Part shown: positions 49,552-58,529 of the stretch, in pieces | Numbering within the stretch: position 1 is the first letter of the stretch | Layout of the letters: each line of letters starts with the position of its first letter | NCBI GenBank assembly: GCA_965217865.1 | Contig: CBDCJO010000002.1 | Span: forward strand, 1,536,001 to 1,600,000 | Reading direction: 5' to 3' | Length of the DNA: 64,000 nucleotides | DNA from: Candidatus Latescibacterota bacterium | GTDB taxonomy: Bacteria > Latescibacterota > UBA2968 > SICM01 | Translations under genes and position numbers: made by a program | The notes under the pieces: model-generated | Told to the model about the DNA's origin: nothing | Seen by the model: the letters and a program-made list of their open reading frames with translations, nothing else | Database searches by the model: none

Positions 49552-50949
49552 TCACTGGTTCCCCCCCTTTGTGGATTCCGGAGGGTGGTAGGGGACTTCC
49601 GAGATGCAGTAGAGGTGATCCTGTCCCCGAAGGAACAGATCGTTGTCGACAAGAGCGGCCGAGGCGTTGAAGCTGTCGTCGAGCCGGTTTTGTGCCAGGA
49701 CCGTAGGGGTCTCATCGTGCTTGATCACCAGGGTTGTGCCTTCGCGGTCAGTGATGTAGACGCGGCCGTCGGCGCCAACCGGTGAGGCGTAAACATTGCG
49801 GATGCCGCCAAGCCGAAACGGACCGCCTTGATCTTTTCCGGTTCTCGCGTTCACGCGCGAAAGGATGCCCTGGTAGTGGCGAAGGAAATAGAGCGTGTCT
49901 CCATAAAGCAGGGGGGATGGCACGTAGGGTGTGGCCTGGCTGCGGGTCCAGGCAATCCGGTCGGTTCCGGTGATGTCGCCAACGGCCCCGTCGAGGCGTA
50001 TGGCCAGGAATGCCCGTATTTCATAGCTGCTGCCGGCGAACACCATCCCGTCCCATGCCACGGGTGAGGCGACGATGTTCGCTGACAATCCGCCGCACTC
50101 CCATATGGCCGTACCCGTGGAAAGGTCGTAACCGCGAACACGGCCTGTGCCGCTAATGATGACCTGGGGCCGGTCTTCGTGCTCGACGACGATCGGAGTG
50201 GCCCAGGAGGTGACCTCGTCACGCGGGGTCTTCCAGCGCTGTTTTCCAGTGCGCTTGTCGAAAGCGACCACGAAGGAGTCGCCTTCGTGATCCCAGTTGA
50301 TGATCAGCGTATCGCGGTAAAGCGCAGGGGAACTTCCTTCCCCGTGTGCGTGCTTGGTCTGCATCTCGCCAAGGTCGGTTTTCCACAACAGCTCGCCGTC
50401 CATGTCGAGGCAATAGAGGCCGTAGGAGCCGAAGTAGGCAAACAGGTGCTCTCCGTCGGTGACGGGCGAGTGGGACGCGAGGGTTCCGGTGACATGACCC
50501 GCGTCGTGCGGGAGTTCCCGGTGGACGGTCCGCTGCCACAGGATCGTTCCGTCACTTCGTCTGACTGCGAGGACCACAAACTTCTGGGGGTGCGTCACAG
50601 GAAGATTGTCGTGCGTGCCGTGGGCGTCGCTGTAGCGGGGATCCAACGCGTCCCCATAGGCGACGGCCGTGGTGACGAAGATACGGTCCGCCCAGACGAT
50701 GGGCGTGGAATGACCACGACCCGGAAGGGGGATCTTCCAGCGGATGTTTTTCGTCTCGCTCCATTCCACGGGTGGGTGGGCGTGCGGGGCGACGCCGGTG
50801 CTTAAGGGTCCACGCCATTCGGGCCAGTAGCGGTGGGATTCGCCGCTGTCGCTGAAGGCGTTTGTGGACAGGAGGGGGATTGTGAGGAGGAAGAGGATTG
50901 AGATCCTTCGCGCACGGGATCCAGGAGGGTTTTGGGGAGTAGTGATCAT
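49552..50949 (-). CDS. Secreted PQQ-like beta-propeller protein
   Basis: Signal peptide; WPEWRGP, GHSTPIVW, SWATP, YVPSP, YASPV. Confidence 0.88.
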   Translation of the reverse strand: MITTPQNPPGSRARRISILFLLTIPLLSTNAFSDSGESHRYWPEWRGPLSTGVAPHAHPPVEWSETKNIRWKIPLPGRGHSTPIVWADRIFVTTAVAYGDALDPRYSDAHGTHDNLPVTHPQKFVVLAVRRSDGTILWQRTVHRELPHDAGHVTGTLASHSPVTDGEHLFAYFGSYGLYCLDMDGELLWKTDLGEMQTKHAHGEGSSPALYRDTLIINWDHEGDSFVVAFDKRTGKQRWKTPRDEVTSWATPIVVEHEDRPQVIISGTGRVRGYDLSTGTAIWECGGLSANIVASPVAWDGMVFAGSSYEIRAFLAIRLDGAVGDITGTDRIAWTRSQATPYVPSPLLYGDTLYFLRHYQGILSRVNARTGKDQGGPFRLGGIRNVYASPVGADGRVYITDREGTTLVIKHDETPTVLAQNRLDDSFNASAALVDNDLFLRGQDHLYCISEVPYHPPESTKGGNQ

Positions 50950-51033
50950 AAGGGAAAGATGAAAAATGATAAAGTCAGAGGTCGGTGGTCGGAGGCCAGA
51001 GGCCAGGGGAATCGAGGGGTCAGAGGCCAGAGG

Positions 51034-51264
51034 TCAGAGGTTGAGTTCGACACCCTCAAGGGATAGTCCCTCGGGTATGTAACTGGGATTGGAGGGGATC
51101 TTGCCGTTCAGGTAATCACAGGTTCGCTGATTGATTTCATCGGGAACGACACCCTGAAGGAGGAGGTAACCGTTTCGACAGTATTCGAGCACCTGGGAGT
51201 CGGTGAGGGTGGGGTCGCACGTGAAGGTACGGGTCGATTGGTTGTAATTCATAAGGGTTGACAC
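51034..51264 (-). pseudogene. N-terminal fragment of a PhyH-like dioxygenase
   Basis: LTDSQVLEYCRNGYLLLQGVVPDEIN, then a stop inside a GGTCAGA repeat array. Confidence 0.7.
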
Positions 51265-51368
51265 ATTTAGAAATGAAGGTTTTCAATTCGCATCTTTCAA
51301 TTTTTCTTTTCCCAAGGTTGGGTGCCCCAAAAGGAAAACCGGACAATGGCGAAGTTCAGGATGACGCT

Positions 51369-52352
51369 TCACGCCATCACTCTCAGGGTGGCCAGGAGCA
51401 GGTCGGCCCGTTTGGGGACCCCTCCCGCGTGGTCCTCCCCGCTGTACCAAACCATCAGCGCGCGATTGTCGTCGAGGGTCCAGAAGTGGGGATAGGATTC
51501 ATCTCCGCCACATTCCGTGATCATGTTCATCTTCCAGTGAAACTGTTTCGTCTCCGGATCGAACAGGAACAGTCCGGTGCGCCTAGGGCCCGGCTGATCG
51601 TCGGGAAAGTCCGCGGCGTACACCCGGCCGCTTACGAGGACCGTGTCACCGACGAGCCCGGCGGCGGGACCGCCCAATTTCACGCCGTCATAAGTCGTCC
51701 ATCGGGTGTAAGGCGGGGGTGCAACCGAAACTTTACTCTGCCTCGTGAAGGCCAGCAGGGTGTGGTCCCTGAGGAAGAGAAGGGCCGTCTCCGTGAAGGG
51801 CCCTTCGATGATGGTAGATGCTTTCTCCCAGTTCACCCCGTCCACCGATTTCAGCAGGTCCACCCGTGGATCACCGGTCATGACATCGGCGGCTACGTAG
51901 TGGACGCCTTCGTGGGACGCGGGCTTCCAGAACGAAAAGCCGTCGTCGTAAACCTGTACGGGCTCGCTCCAGGTCCGGGCGTCGTCACTCCATGTCACCA
52001 GGGTCCGCAGCCCTTCGGTTTCCGGTGAGTTCGGGGATGTCAGAACGAGGTAGATCATCATCCGATCGGGGGTCGTCAGAACGTGTCCTTCCTGTCCGTC
52101 GTCGGTTGAGGGACCGAATATATCCCCTACGGTCCAGCCTCCCGGTTCGCCCGGTTGCGAGGCGAGGATCCTGATAGCCCCGTCCGCAAAAGCGTGTCCC
52201 GACCCGGTGCGGAACGGGATGTAATAGCGGTCCTTCCAGAACACGACTGCGGCCCGGCCGTTCCATCTGCCGTCGGAATAGATCTTTTCCACGCGCTCCA
52301 GGAGGACGTCCGGGTTTCGTGATTCGTCGTTCGTGATTCGTGATTCGCACAT
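51369..52352 (-). CDS. BNR-like beta-propeller protein
   Basis: AAAGGCGG SD before ATG 52352; WSDDARTW, SVDGVNW, GGDESYP. Confidence 0.7.
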   Translation of the reverse strand: MCESRITNDESRNPDVLLERVEKIYSDGRWNGRAAVVFWKDRYYIPFRTGSGHAFADGAIRILASQPGEPGGWTVGDIFGPSTDDGQEGHVLTTPDRMMIYLVLTSPNSPETEGLRTLVTWSDDARTWSEPVQVYDDGFSFWKPASHEGVHYVAADVMTGDPRVDLLKSVDGVNWEKASTIIEGPFTETALLFLRDHTLLAFTRQSKVSVAPPPYTRWTTYDGVKLGGPAAGLVGDTVLVSGRVYAADFPDDQPGPRRTGLFLFDPETKQFHWKMNMITECGGDESYPHFWTLDDNRALMVWYSGEDHAGGVPKRADLLLATLRVMA

Positions 52353-52463
52353 ACTCGTTACCGCCTTTCGTTTTCGGTCTACGATTTCAATTTTCCATTC
52401 GTATGAAAAAGGTTGTCCCGACTTTACGAACCCCGAATCACGAACCACAGTTTTCCAGGCAGC

Positions 52464-53330
52464 TCAAAAGTAAGTTTTTTCGGCTGTCTTCCCGAGCAGC
52501 CACTCCCTGTCGCTTGCGGAGAGGAAGTCGAGGCGGTCGCGGATGAGAGAAAGGGAATCTTCGTAGGTTTCGTTATCCACCTGGAAGGGACAATCGCTCG
52601 CCCACATCAAGCGTTCGGGCCCGAAAGCGTCGAACAGGCGGCGCATCATCGGGATCAAGTCGTCGTGGGGGGGATTCGCCAAACCGGCGCCGTAGAAGGC
52701 CGATATCTTCACTTTGATGTTACGGTGTCGGGCAATGCCGCACAGGGCTAACAAGTCGGCGTCGGGGATGCCGTCACCGAATCCGACGCGGGCCATGTGG
52801 TCGATGACGACGGGTGTTTCCGGATTCCTCGCGCAGGCCGCGTCGATGGCGGGGAGATCGGATGGGTCGATGAGCATGCAGAGGGACTGTCGGGTCTCGG
52901 CCGCGGTGCGAAACATGAGGTCGATCCCGGGTCCGGTGAGCCAATCCGGGTTGGCGGCCATAGCCCGTCGTCCGTTTCTGCTGTAGTTGGCGCCGTAGAT
53001 GCGGAATCCGCGCACGCCGTCTTCGAGCAGTCGCCGCATCTCGTCATCCGGGGAGTCCCCATCCGCGTCGATGATGGCCACCCCTCCGAAGATCCCTCCC
53101 GGGAGCTCGTCGCGATATCGTTTGATCGCGTCAAGCATATACGAATTGTCGAAACTGTAGTAGGCTATCTGGATCAGGACGATCCGTTCGACCTTGCTCG
53201 GGCGGGCGTGCCGGAACAGCTCTTCCGGCGTGAAGCTTGATGGCTGCATGTCTTCCTGCGTCCACCCGGAGGCGAGGGGGTAGTGGGTGGTATCAGGGGT
53301 CCAGATGTGGACGTGGGAGTCGATGATCAT
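52464..53330 (-). CDS. Amidohydrolase_2 family protein
   Basis: IDSHVHIW, VIDHM, VKIS, RLMWASDCPF. Confidence 0.9.
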   Translation of the reverse strand: MIIDSHVHIWTPDTTHYPLASGWTQEDMQPSSFTPEELFRHARPSKVERIVLIQIAYYSFDNSYMLDAIKRYRDELPGGIFGGVAIIDADGDSPDDEMRRLLEDGVRGFRIYGANYSRNGRRAMAANPDWLTGPGIDLMFRTAAETRQSLCMLIDPSDLPAIDAACARNPETPVVIDHMARVGFGDGIPDADLLALCGIARHRNIKVKISAFYGAGLANPPHDDLIPMMRRLFDAFGPERLMWASDCPFQVDNETYEDSLSLIRDRLDFLSASDREWLLGKTAEKTYF

Positions 53331-53340
53331 GGAATAGGAT

Positions 53341-53961
53341 TCAGGGGGGTGATGAGGTTAGTTTTTCGGCGATTACGGTTGAGAACTCCTTGCACGTTTC
53401 CTCAGGGGCGGAAAAGGTCTCTTGGCGTGAGGACAGGATTTTCCAACCGGCAAAACTCTCTTCGAGCTCGTTACGCCGGAAGAGGTAGTAGTTGCCCACA
53501 TCGAAGAAGCCCGTGAATGTGGTACCCTCGATGAGCACGTTGACGATGGCGCGGCCGCCGGGATTGATGTGCTCCCGAATGTCGTGCAGGAGTTCGAGGG
53601 CACGTTCGCGACGGAAAAACATGAGCAGGCCGATTGCAACGATGGTGTCGTACGTCCGCTCGATGTTCCATGTCTCGATGTCCGCCCGGACGGCTTGCAC
53701 GGGGAACTTTTCCTGCTGTGCGCGATCATTTATTCGCGCGACGGCCGCCGGGCTCGCATCGACGGCCAGGACGTCGTGACCTCGCCGTCCCGCCTCGAGG
53801 CTCAGGTTGCCGAGCCCGGAACCGAGATCGAGAATGGTGCCATTGAGATGATCGAGGGCCAGGGTCTCGAACGGATTCAGGGTAAAGTCCTGCTGCTGAA
53901 CCTGCCGTTGGAACTGGGAGTCGAAGAAGGCTATGGATTTATTGGGAGTGTCGTTTTGCAT
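53341..53961 (-). CDS. TehB-like SAM-dependent methyltransferase
   Basis: LDLGSGLG, AVDAS, YD....LLMFF, PGG. Confidence 0.85.
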   Translation of the reverse strand: MQNDTPNKSIAFFDSQFQRQVQQQDFTLNPFETLALDHLNGTILDLGSGLGNLSLEAGRRGHDVLAVDASPAAVARINDRAQQEKFPVQAVRADIETWNIERTYDTIVAIGLLMFFRRERALELLHDIREHINPGGRAIVNVLIEGTTFTGFFDVGNYYLFRRNELEESFAGWKILSSRQETFSAPEETCKEFSTVIAEKLTSSPP

Positions 53962-54134
53962 ACAACAATCCTGGGAAAAAGGACGAAAACGAAGTACGGG
54001 AATAGGGGAGTAAAAGCATTCATAGATCGATAATCAAATACATCTCTTCATTCCCCCCACCCGCAATTCCGAAGGGGGCCCTCTCCTCCTCGACAGCTGA
54101 ATACATTAACGTTTGGTAGGTTTCAAAACCGCAC

Positions 54135-54752
54135 CTACTGGGTTTCCTTAAGCCACGTTGAAATGAAGTTTGCATAGTCGTTATAGGTCAATTCGGCAAC
54201 CTCTATGGGGATCTGCATGCACATATCGGGTAGCTCACTCTCGAACTGGTGCCATCTGCTAAGGATTGATCGACCTCCAGGGATCGTCCTTCTACCAGAA
54301 GAGTCGTTTAGCCAGTTTCGGACGTGAGCTATTGCCTTTTCGTGATTATTTTCATGGGAGCGTATGTCATTTCCTGCTATATCAGAGATGAACGCTTGAT
54401 ATCGATATTGTTGGCGATCCAGGATCAAACAACTCTTGCTCTTTTGTCTCCGATCCCCGTATAGCTTTGCACCCAAGAACACTCCCAATTCCAAAGGCAT
54501 ATTAAATCTCGGGGTTCCTGTGTCAGGATCTAACTCGGTCCTAGAGATGTCATGGACCGCAAATCGGCATTCAGAGATTATTTTCTGGATCTTTTCAAAC
54601 CGAACTTCTCCGCTATCATCGACTTCCAGCGCGCATCGAGGTATGAAGCCGCAATCAAATATTGCGAAGATTATGGCGTTTCGAATATTCAGGTACTGGT
54701 CATCGAATGGACAGTTTATAAAGACATTTTCCGAGTAAAGTTTGGAAGTCAT
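54135..54752 (-). CDS. TIR/nucleoside-2-deoxyribosyltransferase-like protein
   Basis: VFINCPFD..., I..CRFAVHDISR, NMPLELG, SDIAG; lower GC. Confidence 0.6.
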   Translation of the reverse strand: MTSKLYSENVFINCPFDDQYLNIRNAIIFAIFDCGFIPRCALEVDDSGEVRFEKIQKIISECRFAVHDISRTELDPDTGTPRFNMPLELGVFLGAKLYGDRRQKSKSCLILDRQQYRYQAFISDIAGNDIRSHENNHEKAIAHVRNWLNDSSGRRTIPGGRSILSRWHQFESELPDMCMQIPIEVAELTYNDYANFISTWLKETQ

Positions 54753-54757
54753 TATTC

Positions 54758-54910
54758 TTAACGCTTCCTGGATGTAGACTTACGGGAAGACCTAACAGAC
54801 CGAACCGCCTTTTTTATCGAGGATTTCTTTAATTTACCTGAACGGGGCGGGGATTTGACTGTGCGTCGGGATGTCGTGGTAGACCGGCCTCCGGAACGTC
54901 TGGGTGCCAT
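54758..54910 (-). CDS. 50-aa Arg/Lys/Ser-rich basic peptide
   Basis: AAGGAG SD; MAPRRSGGRSTTTSRRTVKSPPRSGKLKKSSIKKAVRSVRSSRKSTSRKR*; stop lies 5 nt before the next ATG. Confidence 0.7.
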   Translation of the reverse strand: MAPRRSGGRSTTTSRRTVKSPPRSGKLKKSSIKKAVRSVRSSRKSTSRKR

Positions 54911-55248
54911 TTTGGTTCTCCTTGATTAATTAGGTGTTGGAATGTTTCGAGGCTACCTCATAATAGAGAACGGTGTTTCAAACCAACAATAGCAAATCCG
55001 TGTGGCTATGAAGTGGTAGACTTGCCCAATTTGTCAGCGGCTATAGGCAAGGTGGGGGTTGTTGGGGAGCATATATGAATTCCCGCGCAGGTTTCCGAAA
55101 GACCTATTTTTGTGCCATTTGATGAAAGGCCGGATCCAGGGTGGGGAAGGAGGCTTGAGGCCGTAATTTAGCAAAATCATCCGGGTAAAAATATAAAAAT
55201 TCGAATTTTTAAGCTAAAGATCATTGTTTGCCTTTTTGAAAATAAAGA

Positions 55249-55276
55249 TTGACTTCTATGAGGAATAGCGTATCTT
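55249..55276 (+). promoter_or_regulatory. Putative sigma70 promoter of the csp gene
   Basis: TTGACT-16-TATCTT with an AT-rich upstream region. Confidence 0.45.
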
Positions 55277-55337
55277 TATCCCTGAATGGAAGAAGGTTGT
55301 TTCTGTACCCTGTGCAAGTCGATTGCGAAAACGATAC

Positions 55338-55373
55338 GGCAAGGATCAGATATTCCGGTCCTTGCCTTTTTTT
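55338..55373 (+). terminator. Terminator-like hairpin in the csp leader
   Basis: GGCAAGGATC-9nt-GGTCCTTGCC followed by T7. Confidence 0.6.
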
Positions 55374-55423
55374 ATTCGGACGATACGTGCAGAGATTCCG
55401 ATATAGAAAGGTGGTGAAGGCAG

Positions 55424-55624
55424 TTGGCAGAAGGTAAAGTGAAGTGGTTTAACGACTCCAAGGGCTTCGGTTTTATCGAGCAGGAATCTGGTGAGGACGT
55501 GTTCGTCCATTTTTCCGCGATTCAAGGCGATGGATTCAAGTCATTGGCGGAAGGCGACGATGTCGAATTCGAAATCGCCCAGGGGCCCAAGGGGCTCCAG
55601 GCCGCGAACGTGACGAAGCGGTAA
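55424..55624 (+). CDS. csp: Cold-shock protein (CspA family)
   Basis: GKVKWFN..KGFGFI (RNP1), DVFVHFSAI (RNP2); TTG start. Confidence 0.97.
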   Translation: MAEGKVKWFNDSKGFGFIEQESGEDVFVHFSAIQGDGFKSLAEGDDVEFEIAQGPKGLQAANVTKR

Positions 55625-55648
55625 TCTGAGTCGAAGATTTTCGCAGTT

Positions 55649-55682
55649 AAGGGTGTTGACCGGAAGGTCAGCACCCTTTTTT
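55649..55682 (+). terminator. Intrinsic terminator
   Basis: GGGTGTTGACC-GGAA-GGTCAGCACCC followed by T6. Confidence 0.9.
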
Positions 55683-55981
55683 CATGATTTATCCATGCAT
55701 CAGTGTTATGCAAGATGTCGAAGAGCGCCTACCAGGCCGCTGGGAGATATTGATCAAATGGCTTTGTGTCCTTCCGTAATCTGATTGTAAACCAATTTTG
55801 CACGCGCATGCAGAATTGAAAAAAAATAGACGGTTATTGTTTTTAAGTGGTTTAGAAATTTTTTAGTCGTAAAAAAGTTCCGTTAAGGAAATGAAGATGG
55901 GATGTTGCGTTATCTCTTGACAAATTATAATAATAGACTATATTCCTAAATAGTTCGACTATTATGGAGATAAAAGCTTAA

Positions 55982-57145
55982 ATGGATTATATTGAAAGGC
56001 GCCTGAAGATCGATCTTCCGGCAGGCCAATCCGCTTTTCTTTGGGGTCCCAGAGGGGTCGGGAAGTCGACTTTTCTGATGCGAAGGTTTCCGGATAGCCC
56101 GGTCTACGACTTTACCCGGAGGGACCTGATGTTGGACTTCAGCCGGTGCCCTTCGCTCTTGCGGGAGCAGATTCTGGCCCAGGCCCGGAGCCGGTTGAGT
56201 TCCCCAATCATCCTCGACGAAGTTCAGAAATGTCCTCATCTGCTCGATGAGGTCCATTGGCTGATCCAGAATCGGGGCGTACAATTTATTTTGTGCTGTT
56301 CCAGTGCCCGGAAACTGAAGCGGGGGAGGCCGGCCCTGCTGGGTGGTCGGGCGAGGCCTTACGAGATGTTCCCACTTGTCAGCCCGGAAACCGGATACGA
56401 CAACTTGGCGCTTAAGATCCTGAACCGAGGCACGATCCCGACCCACTACGCGGGGGAGCAGTATTTGAAGTCGCTCAAGGACTATGTGAGTGATTACCTG
56501 AAGGAAGAGGTCTTCGATGCAGGCCTCACTCGGAACATCCCCGCATTTTCCCGGTTCTTCGAGGCGATGGCCTATTCACACGGAGAGTTGTGCAACTTTT
56601 CGAACGTCGCCCGGGAATGCGGGATCGACTCCAAGACGGTTAAGGAGTTCTACGGGATCCTGGTCGATACGTTCCTAGGCCGGTTGGTCGAACCGTTCAG
56701 GCGAGGTTCGCGTCAGGTGATTTCCAAGGCGTCGAAGTTTTTCCTGTTCGATGTGGGGGTCGCGGGTGCGGTCACCCGGCGGCGTGTGACGGAGGCGAGA
56801 GGGGACGCGTTCGAGAGGGCGTTCGAGCAGTTTATCCTGATCGAACTGGCCGCGCACGCGGCTTACAGCGAGTTGAACTATCCGATACGGTTCTGGCGTA
56901 CCAAGTCGGGGCTGGAAGTCGAATTTGTGCTGGGGGATGGAGAAGTCGCGGTCGTGGCCAAAGGGAGGAGCCGGGTGGATCGATTGGACCTACGAGCGAT
57001 CCGGGCGTTCGCGAAGGAGTTTGAGCCTCGAAAGGCGCTGGTGGTGTGTCTCGAAGAGGAGGAAAGAAAGGTCGGGGAGATCGGGGTTGTGCCGTGGAGG
57101 AAGTTTTTGGAGGGGTTGTGGGAGGGAGAGGTGGTAGGGAATTGA
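55982..57145 (+). CDS. AAA_14 ATPase with a C-terminal DUF4143 (PD-(D/E)XK-like) domain
   Basis: GPRGVGKST, LDEVQ, LLGGRA, KFFLFDVG, FWRTKSGLEVEFV. Confidence 0.9.
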   Translation: MDYIERRLKIDLPAGQSAFLWGPRGVGKSTFLMRRFPDSPVYDFTRRDLMLDFSRCPSLLREQILAQARSRLSSPIILDEVQKCPHLLDEVHWLIQNRGVQFILCCSSARKLKRGRPALLGGRARPYEMFPLVSPETGYDNLALKILNRGTIPTHYAGEQYLKSLKDYVSDYLKEEVFDAGLTRNIPAFSRFFEAMAYSHGELCNFSNVARECGIDSKTVKEFYGILVDTFLGRLVEPFRRGSRQVISKASKFFLFDVGVAGAVTRRRVTEARGDAFERAFEQFILIELAAHAAYSELNYPIRFWRTKSGLEVEFVLGDGEVAVVAKGRSRVDRLDLRAIRAFAKEFEPRKALVVCLEEEERKVGEIGVVPWRKFLEGLWEGEVVGN

Positions 57146-57332
57146 GAATTGAAGATTGAAGTAAGACCCTTCCGCCCATCCCTACCGGAATACAGAAGTC
57201 AGAAGAAGACCCAAATTCAACTCAGTCGGCAGAAGTGAGAGGCAAGAAGGTAGTAGCGGGTGGCAGTGGCAGAATCCAAGGGGATGGACCTTGAAACCCG
57301 GGGTTCCTATCCACGCTCCCGCGCGCTTACTA

Positions 57333-57671
57333 TTAGTCTTTAAAGATGGCTTCCAGGTCAGCTATCAGCGGCGGAAAGTCGGTCTCGATTGTATCCCACA
57401 GAAGATCGAGATTCAATACATCATAGGCATGAACAAGCCGATTCCGCATGCCCAAGATGTCGGGCCAGGGGATTTCCGGATGTTTTTCCCTGGTCGTTGC
57501 AGATATTCGCGATGCGGACTCGCCAACAATCTCCACCAGGCGTGTGAGGGCCAATTGTAACATCCGGTCGGTCTCCAAGTCGGAACCTTGACGACCGTGC
57601 GTCATTTCCTTCGCCTCCCGGGCGTGATCCAGCATATGACGCAAGCTGACCCGATTGTCATGCCTGCTCAT
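57333..57671 (-). CDS. HEPN (DUF86, HepT-like) RNase toxin
   Basis: EIVGE, IPW..MRNRLVHAY (R-X4-H followed by Y). Confidence 0.92.
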   Translation of the reverse strand: MSRHDNRVSLRHMLDHAREAKEMTHGRQGSDLETDRMLQLALTRLVEIVGESASRISATTREKHPEIPWPDILGMRNRLVHAYDVLNLDLLWDTIETDFPPLIADLEAIFKD

Positions 57672-58236
57672 AAGCCACCTCCGCCTCCTCCAGTACTTCG
57701 TCTCGGAAATAAGGGCTCAAACTTCCGGTCGTGTTCACGTCGACTTTCCTGCCGATCAGTCCACTCAGCTCATTCTCTATTCGAGCCAGGCCGATTAAAC
57801 CGATTCGCACTCCAGGCTCGAATCCCACCAGCACATCTACGTCGCTGTCAGGTGAAAAATCGTCGCGCAGGACCGATCCGAAGAACGAAAGTTTACGGAT
57901 GCGATGCTTCCGGCAAAACTCAGCGATCGTATCCTTGGGTATGTGGATCTTCGTCTTGAGTCGCCGTGTCCCGGGTTTGATTTCTTTCTTGGAAAGGCCC
58001 TTCTCGATCCCGTAATCCGCAATCGCTTCCCTGATCCCTCCGGTGAGGCCGGGGTCCCGCTGTTCCAGGTAAGCTTCCATTTCATCCACGCCGATGAGTC
58101 CCGCCACTGGGATTCCATCCTTTTCCAGGATGAAGAACTCCTTGTTGAGGTGGACGCGGCGGACCACCTGGCCGAGGTTGACGCGGGCTTTGGTGATGGG
58201 GATACGGTGCACTAAAGGTTTGATTTTCTTTGACAA
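57658..58236 (-). CDS. Phd/YefM domain fused to a minimal nucleotidyltransferase (MntA-like) antitoxin
   Basis: N: ITKARVNLGQVVRRV..ILEKDGIPVAGLI; C: FGSVLRDDF..SDVDVLV, GRKVD; GGAGGTG SD with TTG start. Confidence 0.8.
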   Translation of the reverse strand: MSKKIKPLVHRIPITKARVNLGQVVRRVHLNKEFFILEKDGIPVAGLIGVDEMEAYLEQRDPGLTGGIREAIADYGIEKGLSKKEIKPGTRRLKTKIHIPKDTIAEFCRKHRIRKLSFFGSVLRDDFSPDSDVDVLVGFEPGVRIGLIGLARIENELSGLIGRKVDVNTTGSLSPYFRDEVLEEAEVAYEQA

Positions 58237-58266
58237 AGAACACCTCCAGAGAATATATTAATTAAG

Positions 58267-58317
58267 ATTGATCAATATTGATGTCCAATAGATAGGCAAA
58301 TTTTGAGAGGATGTCAA
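58267..58317 (-). promoter_or_regulatory. Putative TA promoter with overlapping palindromic operators
   Basis: TTGACA-17-TATCTA; ATTGATCAAT (58267-76) and ATCAATATTGAT (58271-82). Confidence 0.5.
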
Positions 58318-58529
58318 GGGAAAGGGGGAAGCGTAGGGAAGAAGCAGTGGCAGTGGCAGGAAAAGCAAAGCGAGTAGCAGTGGAAGGGAAAGAAAAGTGG
58401 TTGTCTTTCATCAATTGAATCAGTACCCTGTTGCTCGAGTCTATTAAGGCAAATTATCATAGATTCCGAGTTTGAATTCAAGGCCGAAACTGGTGAGGGG
58501 GGAACCGGATACTCGTATTTGGAGCTGGT

